This document shows, one piece after another, positions 37,142 through 46,934 of a DNA stretch of 64,000 nucleotides; within the stretch, counting starts at the first letter, position 1; each line of letters opens with the position of its first letter. A program made the position numbers and the translations under genes. Below the pieces are notes generated by a model that did no database searches, was not told the DNA's origin, and was given only the letters and a program-made list of their open reading frames with translations. The stretch is from a virus. Lineage: Duplodnaviria; Caudoviricetes. The stretch covers positions 64,001-128,000 of the IMG/VR virus record IMGVR_UViG_3300021431_000075; one strand, written 5' to 3'.

Positions 37142-39748
37142 TCAATCATTCAAAGATTTCTCAACAACATCACATAGCACCATAACCAACCTCTTGAATG
37201 CATCACGAGATTTATTAGCACTCTCATTCTGCGCATGCTGCTGATTGCAGTTGTTCCATCCGTCATAGTATGCCTTTCTATATTCTTCGGAATTACCGTC
37301 CAGATTAACATTGTGATGACAATAGTCCGGCTTCTTCATCCTTGCAAGTTCAACAAGTTTCGTGGCACGAACCTTAACATAATTCATCAAATCGTTTTCT
37401 TCAAAAAAACCGTCATTGTGTTTCTGGTTCCAGAACGCAATTACTCTACCGAGTTCCTGAAAGAACTCATCATCAACAGAATCAATCAGATTCTTGTCAA
37501 CTTCATCTTTACAATCATCCATCTTAACAAGCATATTTTTATCAGAATCGAACTTCCATCCGGTCTTTTCCATTACGAACTGCAAATAGTCTATCTGCTT
37601 CTTGTCGGCAGGAACCATGTCTTCCGCCTTATGAGAAATATAATCCGATTCAGAATGCATGATATTCCCATAACTGTCCAGAGAGAAATATGTCTTGCAT
37701 ATTCCGTCCGTTACTTCCTTGAATATTACCGTATATCCATTCTTGTCATACAGAACATCACCCGGCTCCGCATCTGTTATATTCCAGATGTGGAACAAGT
37801 CGTCAATGACCACACATTCTCTCTCAACCACCTCGCCATCTGTGTATTCTATCTCATACATATCATCCTTGACTTTGAGAATCCGGGAAACTTTCAAAAC
37901 CCTACGCAAGTTCGATGCAATCCAGTCGCCTTCCTTGAACTTCTTATGTCTGCACACCATCCCTTGTTGACAATCATAGAAGCAATTGTTTCTTGAAAGT
38001 TCTTCATTGAACTTGGCAATCTCAGAATCATTAGCAAACTCGTATTCGCCGTTGCCAAAACACAATGTACAACCGTCACTCTTGACATACGAGCCGTTCT
38101 CTTCCTTGATGCACAATTCCCCAGTTGACTTAATTTTCAATATGTCTCCTGCCTGCACTTGACGCTTCTTTATTCTTTTGTCCTGCTCATCCCAGACAAA
38201 ACCGGCAATCCACATCTTATGATAGAAAACCTTGCGCTGCTCATCTGTTGCAAGAACATACAACCCATCGTGAGATTCTTCAAGAGTTCCCATATATGAA
38301 TTGTCATCATTGTTCATATATTTTCCATTGCCATTAACACAACCGAGATACTCGACACAGTTACAAACTGTGTCATATGCACGCTTATTTATTCTATAGA
38401 ATATAAACGTCGTGTCTTTCCGTTCAGAACCGGGTTCCGATTTCATAATGACAACGTCTCCATATTGAGCATCTTGAATTTTCCATTCAGCTGCTGCGGT
38501 TTCATCTTGTTTCTTTCCAAAACGAACGCTCTTGAAGTTATCTAACAAGTTCTCATAATAACGAATTTCGGATGAAAAGAAGAAACCGTATCTGTTCATT
38601 TCTTTCAACGAATACATGAGCCTGCTCATATGACAATCGTCATCTTCAGTCCATTCATAACCGTCATTAGCCTTATTGCCAAGTGAACGTAACCAGTTGG
38701 TCAAGTCGCTTATCATGTCTTTAGTCAGACCAAACTTCATCAATTCTTCATCACTGTCACCAAGACGGCAAAAAACAGATTCAATCTGGTTTGATGCATT
38801 TTCTACCGCACGGTTCCACAACTCGTTACTCAATCTCACTTTCAATATCGTGAAATCAAACACAAAACCAGAATCTTTCATCTTCTTCAGCATCAACATC
38901 TGCATATTTCTTGATGCCGGGCATACTTCATCGACAGTCCATAAACTTTCATCAGGTTGTGGAAACAGTTCAACCTTGAACTGATTGTTGTCATCCAGAC
39001 CACAGAAAGCACAGATGCCATTACCGTTCTCAAGTGTGTTACTATATATGAACGGCTCTTGATTCTTGATATTCACAAGAATGTCACCCGGCAGCGCATC
39101 CTTGATATTCCATTTATGGTACAACGAATCAACATCAGAAACATCCATCAGCATCACATCTCCGCTTGTATCCTCCAATGAATACTTTCGGTTTTTAACA
39201 GAATTGACTTTAAAAATCTTTCTTCCGAAAGAAATCCAATCATCCGGAGAAAACTTAAAAGTTTCAATCTCGTATTCGTCTGGCTGTTCTAACGATTCAG
39301 AAGATTCTTCTTCTATTTTAACCAGTTGCTTCGTTTCGGCATTCCATTCATATCCAGCATTATGAATCCATTCAAACAGTTTCTTCTTCTGTTCTGATGT
39401 CGCTGGAACATATCCCTTGGTGTCGTCATGAAATCCTCGCAAATTTAGTTCTTGTTCAAGACCATGTCCTTCAAGACCACAGAAGCAAACAAAAGATGAA
39501 GTTATTTCATCAATTCCATCAAAATGACAGAATATACAAATGCTATTGCTGTCTTCATTGAACAGAATATCTCCATTCACAACATCCAAGAAGGTCCATT
39601 TACGATAATTTTTCTCACAAGCAATGCCAATAAAACCATTATCGCAAACATAACCTTCTGAAGTTACATCCATAATTTTCATAGGAGACCTTTCGGTTAA
39701 ATCCTTCTTGACAACAAAATCTCCAATCTTGAATTTCTTTTTCTTCAT
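37142..39748 (-). CDS. Large repeat-domain protein (KFxxGDW / WxIxDAxxGDVL / PA module)
   Basis: 868 aa; about four copies of the module, e.g. KFKEGDWI...WNITDAEPGDVL...VPADKKQ...GWKFD. Confidence 0.8.
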   Translation of the reverse strand: MKKKKFKIGDFVVKKDLTERSPMKIMDVTSEGYVCDNGFIGIACEKNYRKWTFLDVVNGDILFNEDSNSICIFCHFDGIDEITSSFVCFCGLEGHGLEQELNLRGFHDDTKGYVPATSEQKKKLFEWIHNAGYEWNAETKQLVKIEEESSESLEQPDEYEIETFKFSPDDWISFGRKIFKVNSVKNRKYSLEDTSGDVMLMDVSDVDSLYHKWNIKDALPGDILVNIKNQEPFIYSNTLENGNGICAFCGLDDNNQFKVELFPQPDESLWTVDEVCPASRNMQMLMLKKMKDSGFVFDFTILKVRLSNELWNRAVENASNQIESVFCRLGDSDEELMKFGLTKDMISDLTNWLRSLGNKANDGYEWTEDDDCHMSRLMYSLKEMNRYGFFFSSEIRYYENLLDNFKSVRFGKKQDETAAAEWKIQDAQYGDVVIMKSEPGSERKDTTFIFYRINKRAYDTVCNCVEYLGCVNGNGKYMNNDDNSYMGTLEESHDGLYVLATDEQRKVFYHKMWIAGFVWDEQDKRIKKRQVQAGDILKIKSTGELCIKEENGSYVKSDGCTLCFGNGEYEFANDSEIAKFNEELSRNNCFYDCQQGMVCRHKKFKEGDWIASNLRRVLKVSRILKVKDDMYEIEYTDGEVVERECVVIDDLFHIWNITDAEPGDVLYDKNGYTVIFKEVTDGICKTYFSLDSYGNIMHSESDYISHKAEDMVPADKKQIDYLQFVMEKTGWKFDSDKNMLVKMDDCKDEVDKNLIDSVDDEFFQELGRVIAFWNQKHNDGFFEENDLMNYVKVRATKLVELARMKKPDYCHHNVNLDGNSEEYRKAYYDGWNNCNQQHAQNESANKSRDAFKRLVMVLCDVVEKSLND

Positions 39749-41010
39749 TTTTCTTTTCTAATATTAATTAGTGTATCAATCTTTCTTAATGTGTCGTCAA
39801 CCCACTGTTTAACTTCAGCAGTTTCTTTGCCGAAATCATCTTCTCTGATGGTCTTATCAAAATCAAACAATTTGTTCTTTATTGACAACAGAATAGACGA
39901 ATCATCGTTTCTTTCCCACTTCTCTATCTTAAACTTGGCAAAAGTGCTGTTAAAATCGCTTCTTTCTTGTGCATTTGCAGGGATGACTCCATCTGTCGAG
40001 ACTTGCCGTGAATCATCAACAAACATTCCTGTACTTCTATCATAAAAACAATATGTTTCGCATCTATCGACTGTTATAAGTTTCTTGAACTTAAATAAAT
40101 TTCCACTCTTATCTGCAAGAATGTCTCCATCCACGGCATCTGAAATCTGCCATTTCCTGTTGAACTTTAAGAAGATACTTTTCTGAATTATGAAATCCAT
40201 CCCAGTTATCGTACAAACTTTGACTGTATTTGAAGTCATCTTTTTCAGATAGAACGGTTCATTTGTTCTCACATCAAGAAACCAATCTCCTATATGCAAA
40301 ATGCTTTCATCTTCTTGTTCTCCGTACTTGACCAAATCTTTCTTTTTCTCGCTCCATCTAAGATCATTCTTCGTCATAAAATCGTAGAATATGTTTCGTT
40401 CCGTTTTATCGGCCGGATGAAACTCACTGCTCATTTCTGCTGAGCATTCAACATAATAGAAGATATAATAGAAGCTATTGCGTTTTTCATCAATGACAAG
40501 TTCATCTTCTAAACCATGATACAATGTCAACTCATACCCACAAACACAATTCTCATTGTCAAGTTCTTTCAGCATGACAATGTGTGTTTCTTTATCATCA
40601 GGCAATGCATAAGTAACAGACAGCAAATCTCCGGGCTTTGAATCTTTGCTCAATTCCCATAAGCGGCACTGACTTTCCAACTCGCTTTCTTTACATATTC
40701 CAGTCAAACCGTCTTCGACATAATCAACAAGATAGTCTCCATCATCACGAACATCAACAACTTTGAATACGTTTCCGCAATAATGAACAAACCAGTCACC
40801 GACCTTGTAGTTTGGAAGAACTTCGCTTTTTGAAGATTCATCGCCATCTGAATTACAAATCTCGACTATTTCGCCGTTCTTGTACTCAAATCCCTGTTCT
40901 TCAAGCGCGTCATCAATCCAAGTTTTCATTATTTCCGAATCAATGTTGTGGACTCTATAATAATGTTTTATAGCGGACGCGATAAACTTAATATAATCAA
41001 ACTTTGCCAT
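39745..41010 (-). CDS. Repeat-domain protein, same module x2 (start moved to MAKFDY)
   Basis: YKVGDWF...PGDLL...HPAD; LHIGDWF...WQISDAVDGDIL...IPAN. Confidence 0.8.
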   Translation of the reverse strand: MAKFDYIKFIASAIKHYYRVHNIDSEIMKTWIDDALEEQGFEYKNGEIVEICNSDGDESSKSEVLPNYKVGDWFVHYCGNVFKVVDVRDDGDYLVDYVEDGLTGICKESELESQCRLWELSKDSKPGDLLSVTYALPDDKETHIVMLKELDNENCVCGYELTLYHGLEDELVIDEKRNSFYYIFYYVECSAEMSSEFHPADKTERNIFYDFMTKNDLRWSEKKKDLVKYGEQEDESILHIGDWFLDVRTNEPFYLKKMTSNTVKVCTITGMDFIIQKSIFLKFNRKWQISDAVDGDILADKSGNLFKFKKLITVDRCETYCFYDRSTGMFVDDSRQVSTDGVIPANAQERSDFNSTFAKFKIEKWERNDDSSILLSIKNKLFDFDKTIREDDFGKETAEVKQWVDDTLRKIDTLINIRKEK

Positions 41011-42370
41011 TTTCATCAGAATTATAAATTGTCTTAATCTTCTCAATCGAATCAAACACAATCTTCTGTTTTTCAAACAAATCGTATTTCTTGTGAATTA
41101 TATCACAAAATGCATCTTTCCGTTCAAACGACGCAGGAACCGTATCTACAACATTATGAATGCCGTTGCATTTCAAATCGAGCACCTTCTCATCACTGCT
41201 CAAATAAACGCACGAATGCCACTTGTTTATGTCTATCAATGATTCAAAAAATCCAATAACGCCGGAACCATCAATCAAGACATCTCCGGGCTTTGCATCA
41301 TTGATTGTCCACTTATGAAAATTGCAATCAACATAAGTAACGTATTTCTTATGACTACACTCATCACGTTGAGATTTCAATATATATTTAAACTTTGAAA
41401 TATCCTTTTTAATTACATCTTCAACAAAATAAACATTGCCGTCTGGATCGACAATCCAATCTCCGGGATGAAACTTCTGATCAACCTGTTCTTCTATATT
41501 TTTACTTTCACAATGGCAACCAATTTCTGAATTTGCAAAATCAGACTGTTCGTTGCCATCAATCTTCACAATTTTCTTATTGGCAAAATCAAAAGCATAA
41601 CCGTTTGAACGAAGCTCGTTAAGCAACATCATTTTCTGATTAAAGACAGCCGGAACGACATTTGTCATATAATGCGCCCTACCGCCAAGTGACAGTCCAT
41701 ATTCTTTCATCGGATTGTAATAAACAAAAGAATACCATTTAATGTTGGAAATCTTGTCAAAAATTCCAATATTTCCATGCATGTCCATGAGAACATCCCC
41801 TCTATTTGCATCATAGATTGTCCACCTACGAAACTCCGAATCTACATATTTCACATAATGAGTGAGCTTTGCGCCATTTGTACTTTCCAACACATAATAT
41901 GGCTTCAAATTTGCATTGTCAGTATCACAAACTTCAACAACTATATATGGTTCTTCTTTTCTGAAAATCCAATCTCCGGGTTGAAACTTCAGTGTTTCAG
42001 GTTTATTAGTTTCTTTCACCAAAGAAAAACAATCACAAAAAGAAGTAACATCGATAGACTTGGTATCTCTTATCAGATACGCGTTTCCTGTCAAATGATC
42101 ATCTTCTTCCGACAAGTATTTCTTGCCGACTTCAAACATAAATTCCGGTGTTCCCGTATATAAGACAGACTTTATACAGGTGTACCAGTTACCTGCCTTG
42201 ATTTCACAGTCTTTCTTCTGTTCAACAATCTCGTTGTTGACGATTTCAAAACCCTGCTCATTCAAGGCACCATTCAACCAGTCTCTCAACACCTTCCCGG
42301 CAGGAAACGAGTTCGTTCCCTTAACAAGAGACTTCAAAAGCAAACCAAAGTCAATATTTGGAGTTTTCAT
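40997..42370 (-). CDS. Repeat-domain protein, same module x2
   Basis: KFQPGDWI...WTIYDANRGDVL; KFHPGDWI...WTINDAKPGDVL. N-terminus WLNGALNEQGFEI matches WIDDALEEQGFEY of the neighbouring gene. Confidence 0.8.
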   Translation of the reverse strand: MKTPNIDFGLLLKSLVKGTNSFPAGKVLRDWLNGALNEQGFEIVNNEIVEQKKDCEIKAGNWYTCIKSVLYTGTPEFMFEVGKKYLSEEDDHLTGNAYLIRDTKSIDVTSFCDCFSLVKETNKPETLKFQPGDWIFRKEEPYIVVEVCDTDNANLKPYYVLESTNGAKLTHYVKYVDSEFRRWTIYDANRGDVLMDMHGNIGIFDKISNIKWYSFVYYNPMKEYGLSLGGRAHYMTNVVPAVFNQKMMLLNELRSNGYAFDFANKKIVKIDGNEQSDFANSEIGCHCESKNIEEQVDQKFHPGDWIVDPDGNVYFVEDVIKKDISKFKYILKSQRDECSHKKYVTYVDCNFHKWTINDAKPGDVLIDGSGVIGFFESLIDINKWHSCVYLSSDEKVLDLKCNGIHNVVDTVPASFERKDAFCDIIHKKYDLFEKQKIVFDSIEKIKTIYNSDENGKV

Positions 42371-42381
42371 AACTGTATTTT

Positions 42382-43023
42382 TTAAATAATGTCTATATGT
42401 GTCAATGTGCGGTATTTAAGTCCGGGAGCCATAAGAATCTGAACCTTCTTATCTTCTGTTGTCAATAAAACAGGTTTCATAGAATCTTCAAGCGCATAGC
42501 GAATCACAAGACGTTCAATCTCCATCATGTTCATCGCCTGTATCAAAGTATCAACATAACCATAACTGAAAGCGTTTCCATGAATCATAAACTGAGCATA
42601 AGCAGACTCGTATCTGTCAATTTCTCCGATTCCGCTACATACAGGACACGTGTCATGCAAATGATAGACTGTTCCGTCAAGACCGGTATAACTCCAGTCA
42701 ACATAACCGCTTCCGCCACATTCAGAACAAAGATAATCATAGTCATCGACTGGAAACTTTCTGATTACATCTTTCAAATAATCCAGTGTCAGTTCTTCAT
42801 CAATCTGCATATCCGGCATCACTTTGCTGACATCCGGCGGAATCGAACCGTCAACAGTCTCTTCGTAACCGAGACTGGCGTCATGCATAGATTCATCTAT
42901 GCGAATAAGCATACGACCGTCTGTCGCGCATATAAAACCGTCCTGAAGAAACGGCTTGCTGATGTTATGTTGATTATTGTCTTCTCTATAGAAAAGTCTT
43001 AACAGTTGTTCTTCGTTCTTCAT
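42382..43023 (-). CDS. Hypothetical protein with DnaJ-type CxxCxGxG zinc-finger insertion
   Basis: CSECGGSG and CPVCSGIG; ICATDGRML and KPVLL...ILMAP weakly resemble beta-clamp motifs. Confidence 0.7.
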   Translation of the reverse strand: MKNEEQLLRLFYREDNNQHNISKPFLQDGFICATDGRMLIRIDESMHDASLGYEETVDGSIPPDVSKVMPDMQIDEELTLDYLKDVIRKFPVDDYDYLCSECGGSGYVDWSYTGLDGTVYHLHDTCPVCSGIGEIDRYESAYAQFMIHGNAFSYGYVDTLIQAMNMMEIERLVIRYALEDSMKPVLLTTEDKKVQILMAPGLKYRTLTHIDII

Positions 43024-43034
43024 AACACTCTAAA

Positions 43035-43508
43035 TTAAACATTCAATAATGTATGAGTTGATGCATTAAAAATATTCTGTATATATTCATCAGAGTCTAT
43101 TGCATCTATTGAAATTGCATCAATTAAGCCGCTTATGTTATCTGAAAATTCAGTACAGACGCGAACCTTTTGATTGTTGTTACTTATATTCTCTCTTACG
43201 AATTTTCCTCTGACTATTCTTTCAATCATATTGGCATCATTATAGTCATAGTCATTAACCAGCAATCGTGTAAGCGTTCTTCTTTTGTCAATTCCATTTT
43301 TAACATCAAGGAATTTCAAGCTGTCAATACAAGACTTTAATTCCGCAATCCAGTGAGCAAAGTTTTCACTTTCAGAATTGAACAATTGATACCATTTGCA
43401 AAGACACCAATTCTCTACCAGTTGAAACCGCAGTCCATCTACTCTTGCTTTGTATGCTTTCAATGACACAGTCGTTTTATTGATTATGTCTATTTTGTCA
43501 CAAATCAT
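43035..43508 (-). CDS. Hypothetical protein
   Basis: 157 aa ORF in an operon. Confidence 0.7.
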   Translation of the reverse strand: MICDKIDIINKTTVSLKAYKARVDGLRFQLVENWCLCKWYQLFNSESENFAHWIAELKSCIDSLKFLDVKNGIDKRRTLTRLLVNDYDYNDANMIERIVRGKFVRENISNNNQKVRVCTEFSDNISGLIDAISIDAIDSDEYIQNIFNASTHTLLNV

Positions 43509-43526
43509 AAAATTTTATTTGTTTCA

Positions 43527-43724
43527 TCATTTTGAATCATTAGCCGTGCAAAGCATTTGAAGAACTCCAACAAGCTGTTTCAAACGAGAACGTTCTATAT
43601 AGAAAAGTTCGCGTTCTACTTTTCCAGATTCGTACATTCCGATAAGAGTCCGCTCGCCGTTATCTTCAATATGACACCACTTCCACTCACCATCATGCAA
43701 GTCTATCTCAATCTTCTTTGCCAT
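43527..43724 (-). CDS. Hypothetical protein
   Basis: 65 aa ORF, tightly packed. Confidence 0.65.
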   Translation of the reverse strand: MAKKIEIDLHDGEWKWCHIEDNGERTLIGMYESGKVERELFYIERSRLKQLVGVLQMLCTANDSK

Positions 43725-43727
43725 TGT

Positions 43728-43943
43728 TCATTTCTTTGATTTTTTATTCAACATGTTAATAATTTTCAACAAGTTATCATGAAGATATTTTTCAGTTGAA
43801 ACAGAAATGGTTCTCATAAATTCATCGAGAACATCTTTAGCGCCCTCTATGTATGCATCACGACCTTCTTTATTATCGTCATAGCCATCTTGATCGATTA
43901 CTTGTGGGAACTTCTCTAATGCAGTTTCTTCGATTGATTTCAT
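43728..43943 (-). CDS. Hypothetical protein (start moved to MKSIEETA)
   Basis: IEETALEKFP...RDAYIEGA motif. Confidence 0.65.
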   Translation of the reverse strand: MKSIEETALEKFPQVIDQDGYDDNKEGRDAYIEGAKDVLDEFMRTISVSTEKYLHDNLLKIINMLNKKSKK

Positions 43944-44079
43944 TTTTAATTGTGTTTTAATGTTTTCAAAGTTTTCAAAGTGCAAATTTAGCATTTTATC
44001 TGAATATCTGCAAGAATTTATACAAAAATTAACAATAAAAATGCTTGCTGATTTCTCAACAAGCATTATAATTATAATT

Positions 44080-44496
44080 TCATTTCTTCTTTTTTGTCAA
44101 ATGACTCTTTATCCCTCCACATCGTCTACTACAACAAGGATTATTTTTAAAAGGCAAATCTTTCTTCCGTATCAAAAACTCTTTTCCACATATAGGACAT
44201 ATGACAGGAACCAATTCTCTATGTTTATGGTCTTTCACTAAATTATAATAACTGGATATAACTTGAAGATTCTCTATTCTATCATCCATTCTATTACCAT
44301 TTATATGATCTACATGAAAACCTACTGGAACATCTGTTTCATAATAACTTGTATACAAATATTTGGCATAACTCATACTTATCATATTACCTTCATTATC
44401 TCTTAATGTAGCAACTCTCCTTGGTTCTTTATTTGTATTGATGTATAGTCTTTTAAAGCCCTTATTCTTATAATATTCTGAAACCTCTCCAATCAT
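44080..44496 (-). CDS. HNH endonuclease (homing-type) with C-terminal zinc finger
   Basis: HVDHINGNRMDDRIENLQ; CPICGKEF...CCSRRC. Confidence 0.9.
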   Translation of the reverse strand: MIGEVSEYYKNKGFKRLYINTNKEPRRVATLRDNEGNMISMSYAKYLYTSYYETDVPVGFHVDHINGNRMDDRIENLQVISSYYNLVKDHKHRELVPVICPICGKEFLIRKKDLPFKNNPCCSRRCGGIKSHLTKKKK

Positions 44497-44515
44497 ATAT
44501 AAAATTAAAAAAATG

Positions 44516-44589
44516 TGGACCAGCCAGGGCTTGAACCTGGGACCTATGGCTTATGAGGCCATTGCTCTAACCGACTGAGCTACAAGTCC
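44516..44589 (-). tRNA. tRNA with CAT anticodon, likely tRNA-Ile2 (lysidine); elongator Met not excluded; CCA not encoded
   Basis: GGACTTG-TA-GCTC-AGTCGGTTA-GAGC-A-ATGGC-CTCATAA-GCCAT-AGGTC-CCAGG-TTCAAGC-CCTGG-CTGGTCC-A cloverleaf. Lacks initiator features. Confidence 0.93.
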
Positions 44590-44598
44590 ATTATATTT

Positions 44599-44783
44599 AA
44601 GAGTCTCTGGCCTTATGTATGTCTGCAGTTTTATACTGTTTGTACTTCACAGTCCACAGAGTGCTGATCCCCTATTATGCCTTCAGGAAAACTACCAGAC
44701 CGTCCAGTCATTCAGAATCCGATTCAGGCGAGTAGCATCTCATGGTAGTGTCTTTTGATGCCGGCTCTTTTACGGAGACTCTT
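44599..44783 (-). ncRNA. Unassigned 185-nt structured RNA upstream of the tRNA
   Basis: Perfect 9-bp terminal stem AAGAGTCTC/GAGACTCTT; internal ACTACCA/TGGTAGT, TCTGTGG/CTGCAGA and ACTGT/ACAGT stems. Starts 20 nt downstream of a consensus promoter. Confidence 0.7.
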
Positions 44784-44803
44784 TGTATTTCTAATTTCTG
44801 ATG

Positions 44804-44834
44804 CAAAGATAATGCTTTTTCGCCATCCGGCAAA
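44804..44834 (-). promoter_or_regulatory. Bacteroidetes sigma-A promoter (-33 TTTG / -7 TATCTTTG)
   Basis: TTTG-N19-TATCTTTG on the minus strand, upstream of the ncRNA-tRNA-HNH cluster. Confidence 0.85.
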
Positions 44835-44860
44835 AGAAAAATCCAAAAAAATTTTAGTTT

Positions 44861-46795
44861 TTAGACAAATAAAGCGATTTCCTTGCTTTTGCAATCCAGA
44901 AAAACATCATTCTCAACCTTTACCAAACCTCCCGGCTTCAACACCACATTTCCATCAATCCACTTATCAAACACCACACTTCCATCTTCACTAACGACAT
45001 TGCACAGCCCGTTCTTGTCCATGACAATATGATATGAATCAACACCGTAGCCGATTATTTCCTTTATCTTATCATATGAACGAGATGGAATCCATTCGTC
45101 AAGAATAAGCCCATTTCCAATCACATAATAGTTATACATGCTTTCCGCATTCCAAGAACCATTTATTTCAGAAGAAGATGACGCTTTAATCATCTTTGTA
45201 ATGTTCGGGCGCTTTGAAACAACAAGCAACTTTCCATATGCTCTTTCCAGACCATACCCGAGTTTCGAACTGTCGAAAAGAGCATGACCGTCTTTTTCAA
45301 TAACTCTCTTTGTATAAACTTTCTTGCTCTCTCCGCCGACTTTAATTTCATTCGTCGTCTCGACTATCGCTGTTCCATTATGAAAGTCACCGACTTCATC
45401 AAATCTCTCGTCAGATATAAAGTTCCCGTTCTTGTCCATAAAGGTCCAACCGTCTTCATCCTGAACCGATACAAGACCATCTTCAAATAAACTCGTATCC
45501 TGAAACATCTTGTCCGTTATAGGCAATCCGGTCCTATCGATAAAAGTGTAGTTTTCTTCATCAACCTGCACCCGCGCGATTCCGTCCGAAAAATAACTAC
45601 GGTACATATATTTGCCATCGGACACAAACTCACCTTTCTTGTTGATTACCATATAATCATAATTAATGTCACCTTCTTTGACAGCGAAAGCAAGACCTTC
45701 TGAAAAATCGGAACAGTCCCTGAACTTCTTTTTCATAAAGAACTTTCCGTTCGTATCAACATATGTCTTCTTCTTGTCACCAAGTTCAACCACAGCACAC
45801 CCGTCACTAAAGGCTCGACATGATCTAAACCACTTTGTGCTCATCAACTTGCCATCCCTATCTATGAAATTATAGCATTGCTCTTTTCTTTCCGCATCCT
45901 TGACGACAAACCAGCCCTCCGAATATTTTCCGATTTCTGCCATATTCTCAATAATGAACTCTTCCTTGTCTATGCTGTAAATGCTGTATCTTGAACTGTC
46001 CTCCGAATACACGACAAGTCCGAGTTCTTCATAAACCCTGCAATAATCTCCATCGTTATCAAACAAGAATTTCTTGTTCTTCATGTCATAAACATTGCAA
46101 CCGGAAACGCCACTTCCAAGTACCAGATAATCTCCATGCACAGCATTGACCATACATCCAGAATTACACAAATCTCTATCTGGCGTAATCTGGTTTCCTT
46201 TTGAGTCAACAACAACATATTTGGTATGAAACGGATAATTAATCAGGAATGCATAATAACCGTCACGACCCTTCAGTATATTGTTTTTAATCGCGCTGAC
46301 AGCAATATGCTTCATGACGTCTTTTTCAGAATACTTGGATTTAAATAAGTAAGTGGACAGAACTTGCAGATTTGAACACATCCCAGTTGTGATATGTGTA
46401 ATCAAATCACTTCCTCTAATAGTCCTTATTTCATATTTAACTTTGACCATCAGAAAAGTACTCACAATGCTCATCAATACATCACAAAAGACTCCTATAA
46501 ATGAATCGTTTTCTCTAAACTCAAAATCAATCTTGAAATGTTTGAAATTCGGCTTGTCATTTGAAGAATATGCTATACTGCTCCATATCCTGAACTTGTA
46601 ACTGCACAACTTGTCCAAATCCCGCTTGATTTTTTTAAACGCAACATCTTCACATGAGTAAATATCCACAACTACATGTAACTTGACAGTCTTGATTTCG
46701 TCATCCTCATCGTTATTGTCAGTGACTTCATCTGCTTCAACTTTATCAAGAAGATTTTCTGCCAAATATTTTCTATTAAAATAATCGTTATGCAT
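44861..46795 (-). CDS. WG-repeat protein with conserved acidic leader (orphan copy)
   Basis: 644 aa; leader KYLAENLLDKVEADEVTD; FSDGCAVV, FSEGLAFA, FSDGIARV. Shares GYYAF with 4706-6631. Confidence 0.85.
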   Translation of the reverse strand: MHNDYFNRKYLAENLLDKVEADEVTDNNDEDDEIKTVKLHVVVDIYSCEDVAFKKIKRDLDKLCSYKFRIWSSIAYSSNDKPNFKHFKIDFEFRENDSFIGVFCDVLMSIVSTFLMVKVKYEIRTIRGSDLITHITTGMCSNLQVLSTYLFKSKYSEKDVMKHIAVSAIKNNILKGRDGYYAFLINYPFHTKYVVVDSKGNQITPDRDLCNSGCMVNAVHGDYLVLGSGVSGCNVYDMKNKKFLFDNDGDYCRVYEELGLVVYSEDSSRYSIYSIDKEEFIIENMAEIGKYSEGWFVVKDAERKEQCYNFIDRDGKLMSTKWFRSCRAFSDGCAVVELGDKKKTYVDTNGKFFMKKKFRDCSDFSEGLAFAVKEGDINYDYMVINKKGEFVSDGKYMYRSYFSDGIARVQVDEENYTFIDRTGLPITDKMFQDTSLFEDGLVSVQDEDGWTFMDKNGNFISDERFDEVGDFHNGTAIVETTNEIKVGGESKKVYTKRVIEKDGHALFDSSKLGYGLERAYGKLLVVSKRPNITKMIKASSSSEINGSWNAESMYNYYVIGNGLILDEWIPSRSYDKIKEIIGYGVDSYHIVMDKNGLCNVVSEDGSVVFDKWIDGNVVLKPGGLVKVENDVFLDCKSKEIALFV

Positions 46796-46828
46796 CTATT
46801 CGGACCGAACCGTTTTCTTTATTTTTAT

Positions 46829-46842
46829 TATAAGATATTTAT
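46829..46842 (-). promoter_or_regulatory. Putative phage late promoter motif ATAAATATCTTATA
   Basis: Exact 14-mer between a terminator and the orphan WG gene. Confidence 0.7.
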
Positions 46843-46852
46843 TTTTCAAATC

Positions 46853-46886
46853 AAAAATGCTTGAGTTTCATTTCGAGACTCAAGCA
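46853..46886 (-). terminator. Rho-independent terminator
   Basis: TGCTTGAGTCTC/GAAACTCAAGCA stem followed by TTTTT. Confidence 0.8.
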
Positions 46887-46934
46887 ATGACTACATAAGA
46901 AACATTATATTGAATAATAAAGAAAAATCAAAAA

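Noticed and set aside
44599-44783. Assignment of the ncRNA as RNase P RNA, hammerhead or theta ribozyme
   Set aside because: Only a faint likeness to RNase P conserved regions (no GAGGAAAGUCC), no CUGAUGA core, and it lies 5' rather than 3' of the tRNA. Left unassigned.
705-46795. WG C-terminus as a T9SS CTD or BAM beta-signal (secreted proteins)
   Set aside because: No Sec signal peptides are visible, and the tail looks like a final partial WG repeat.
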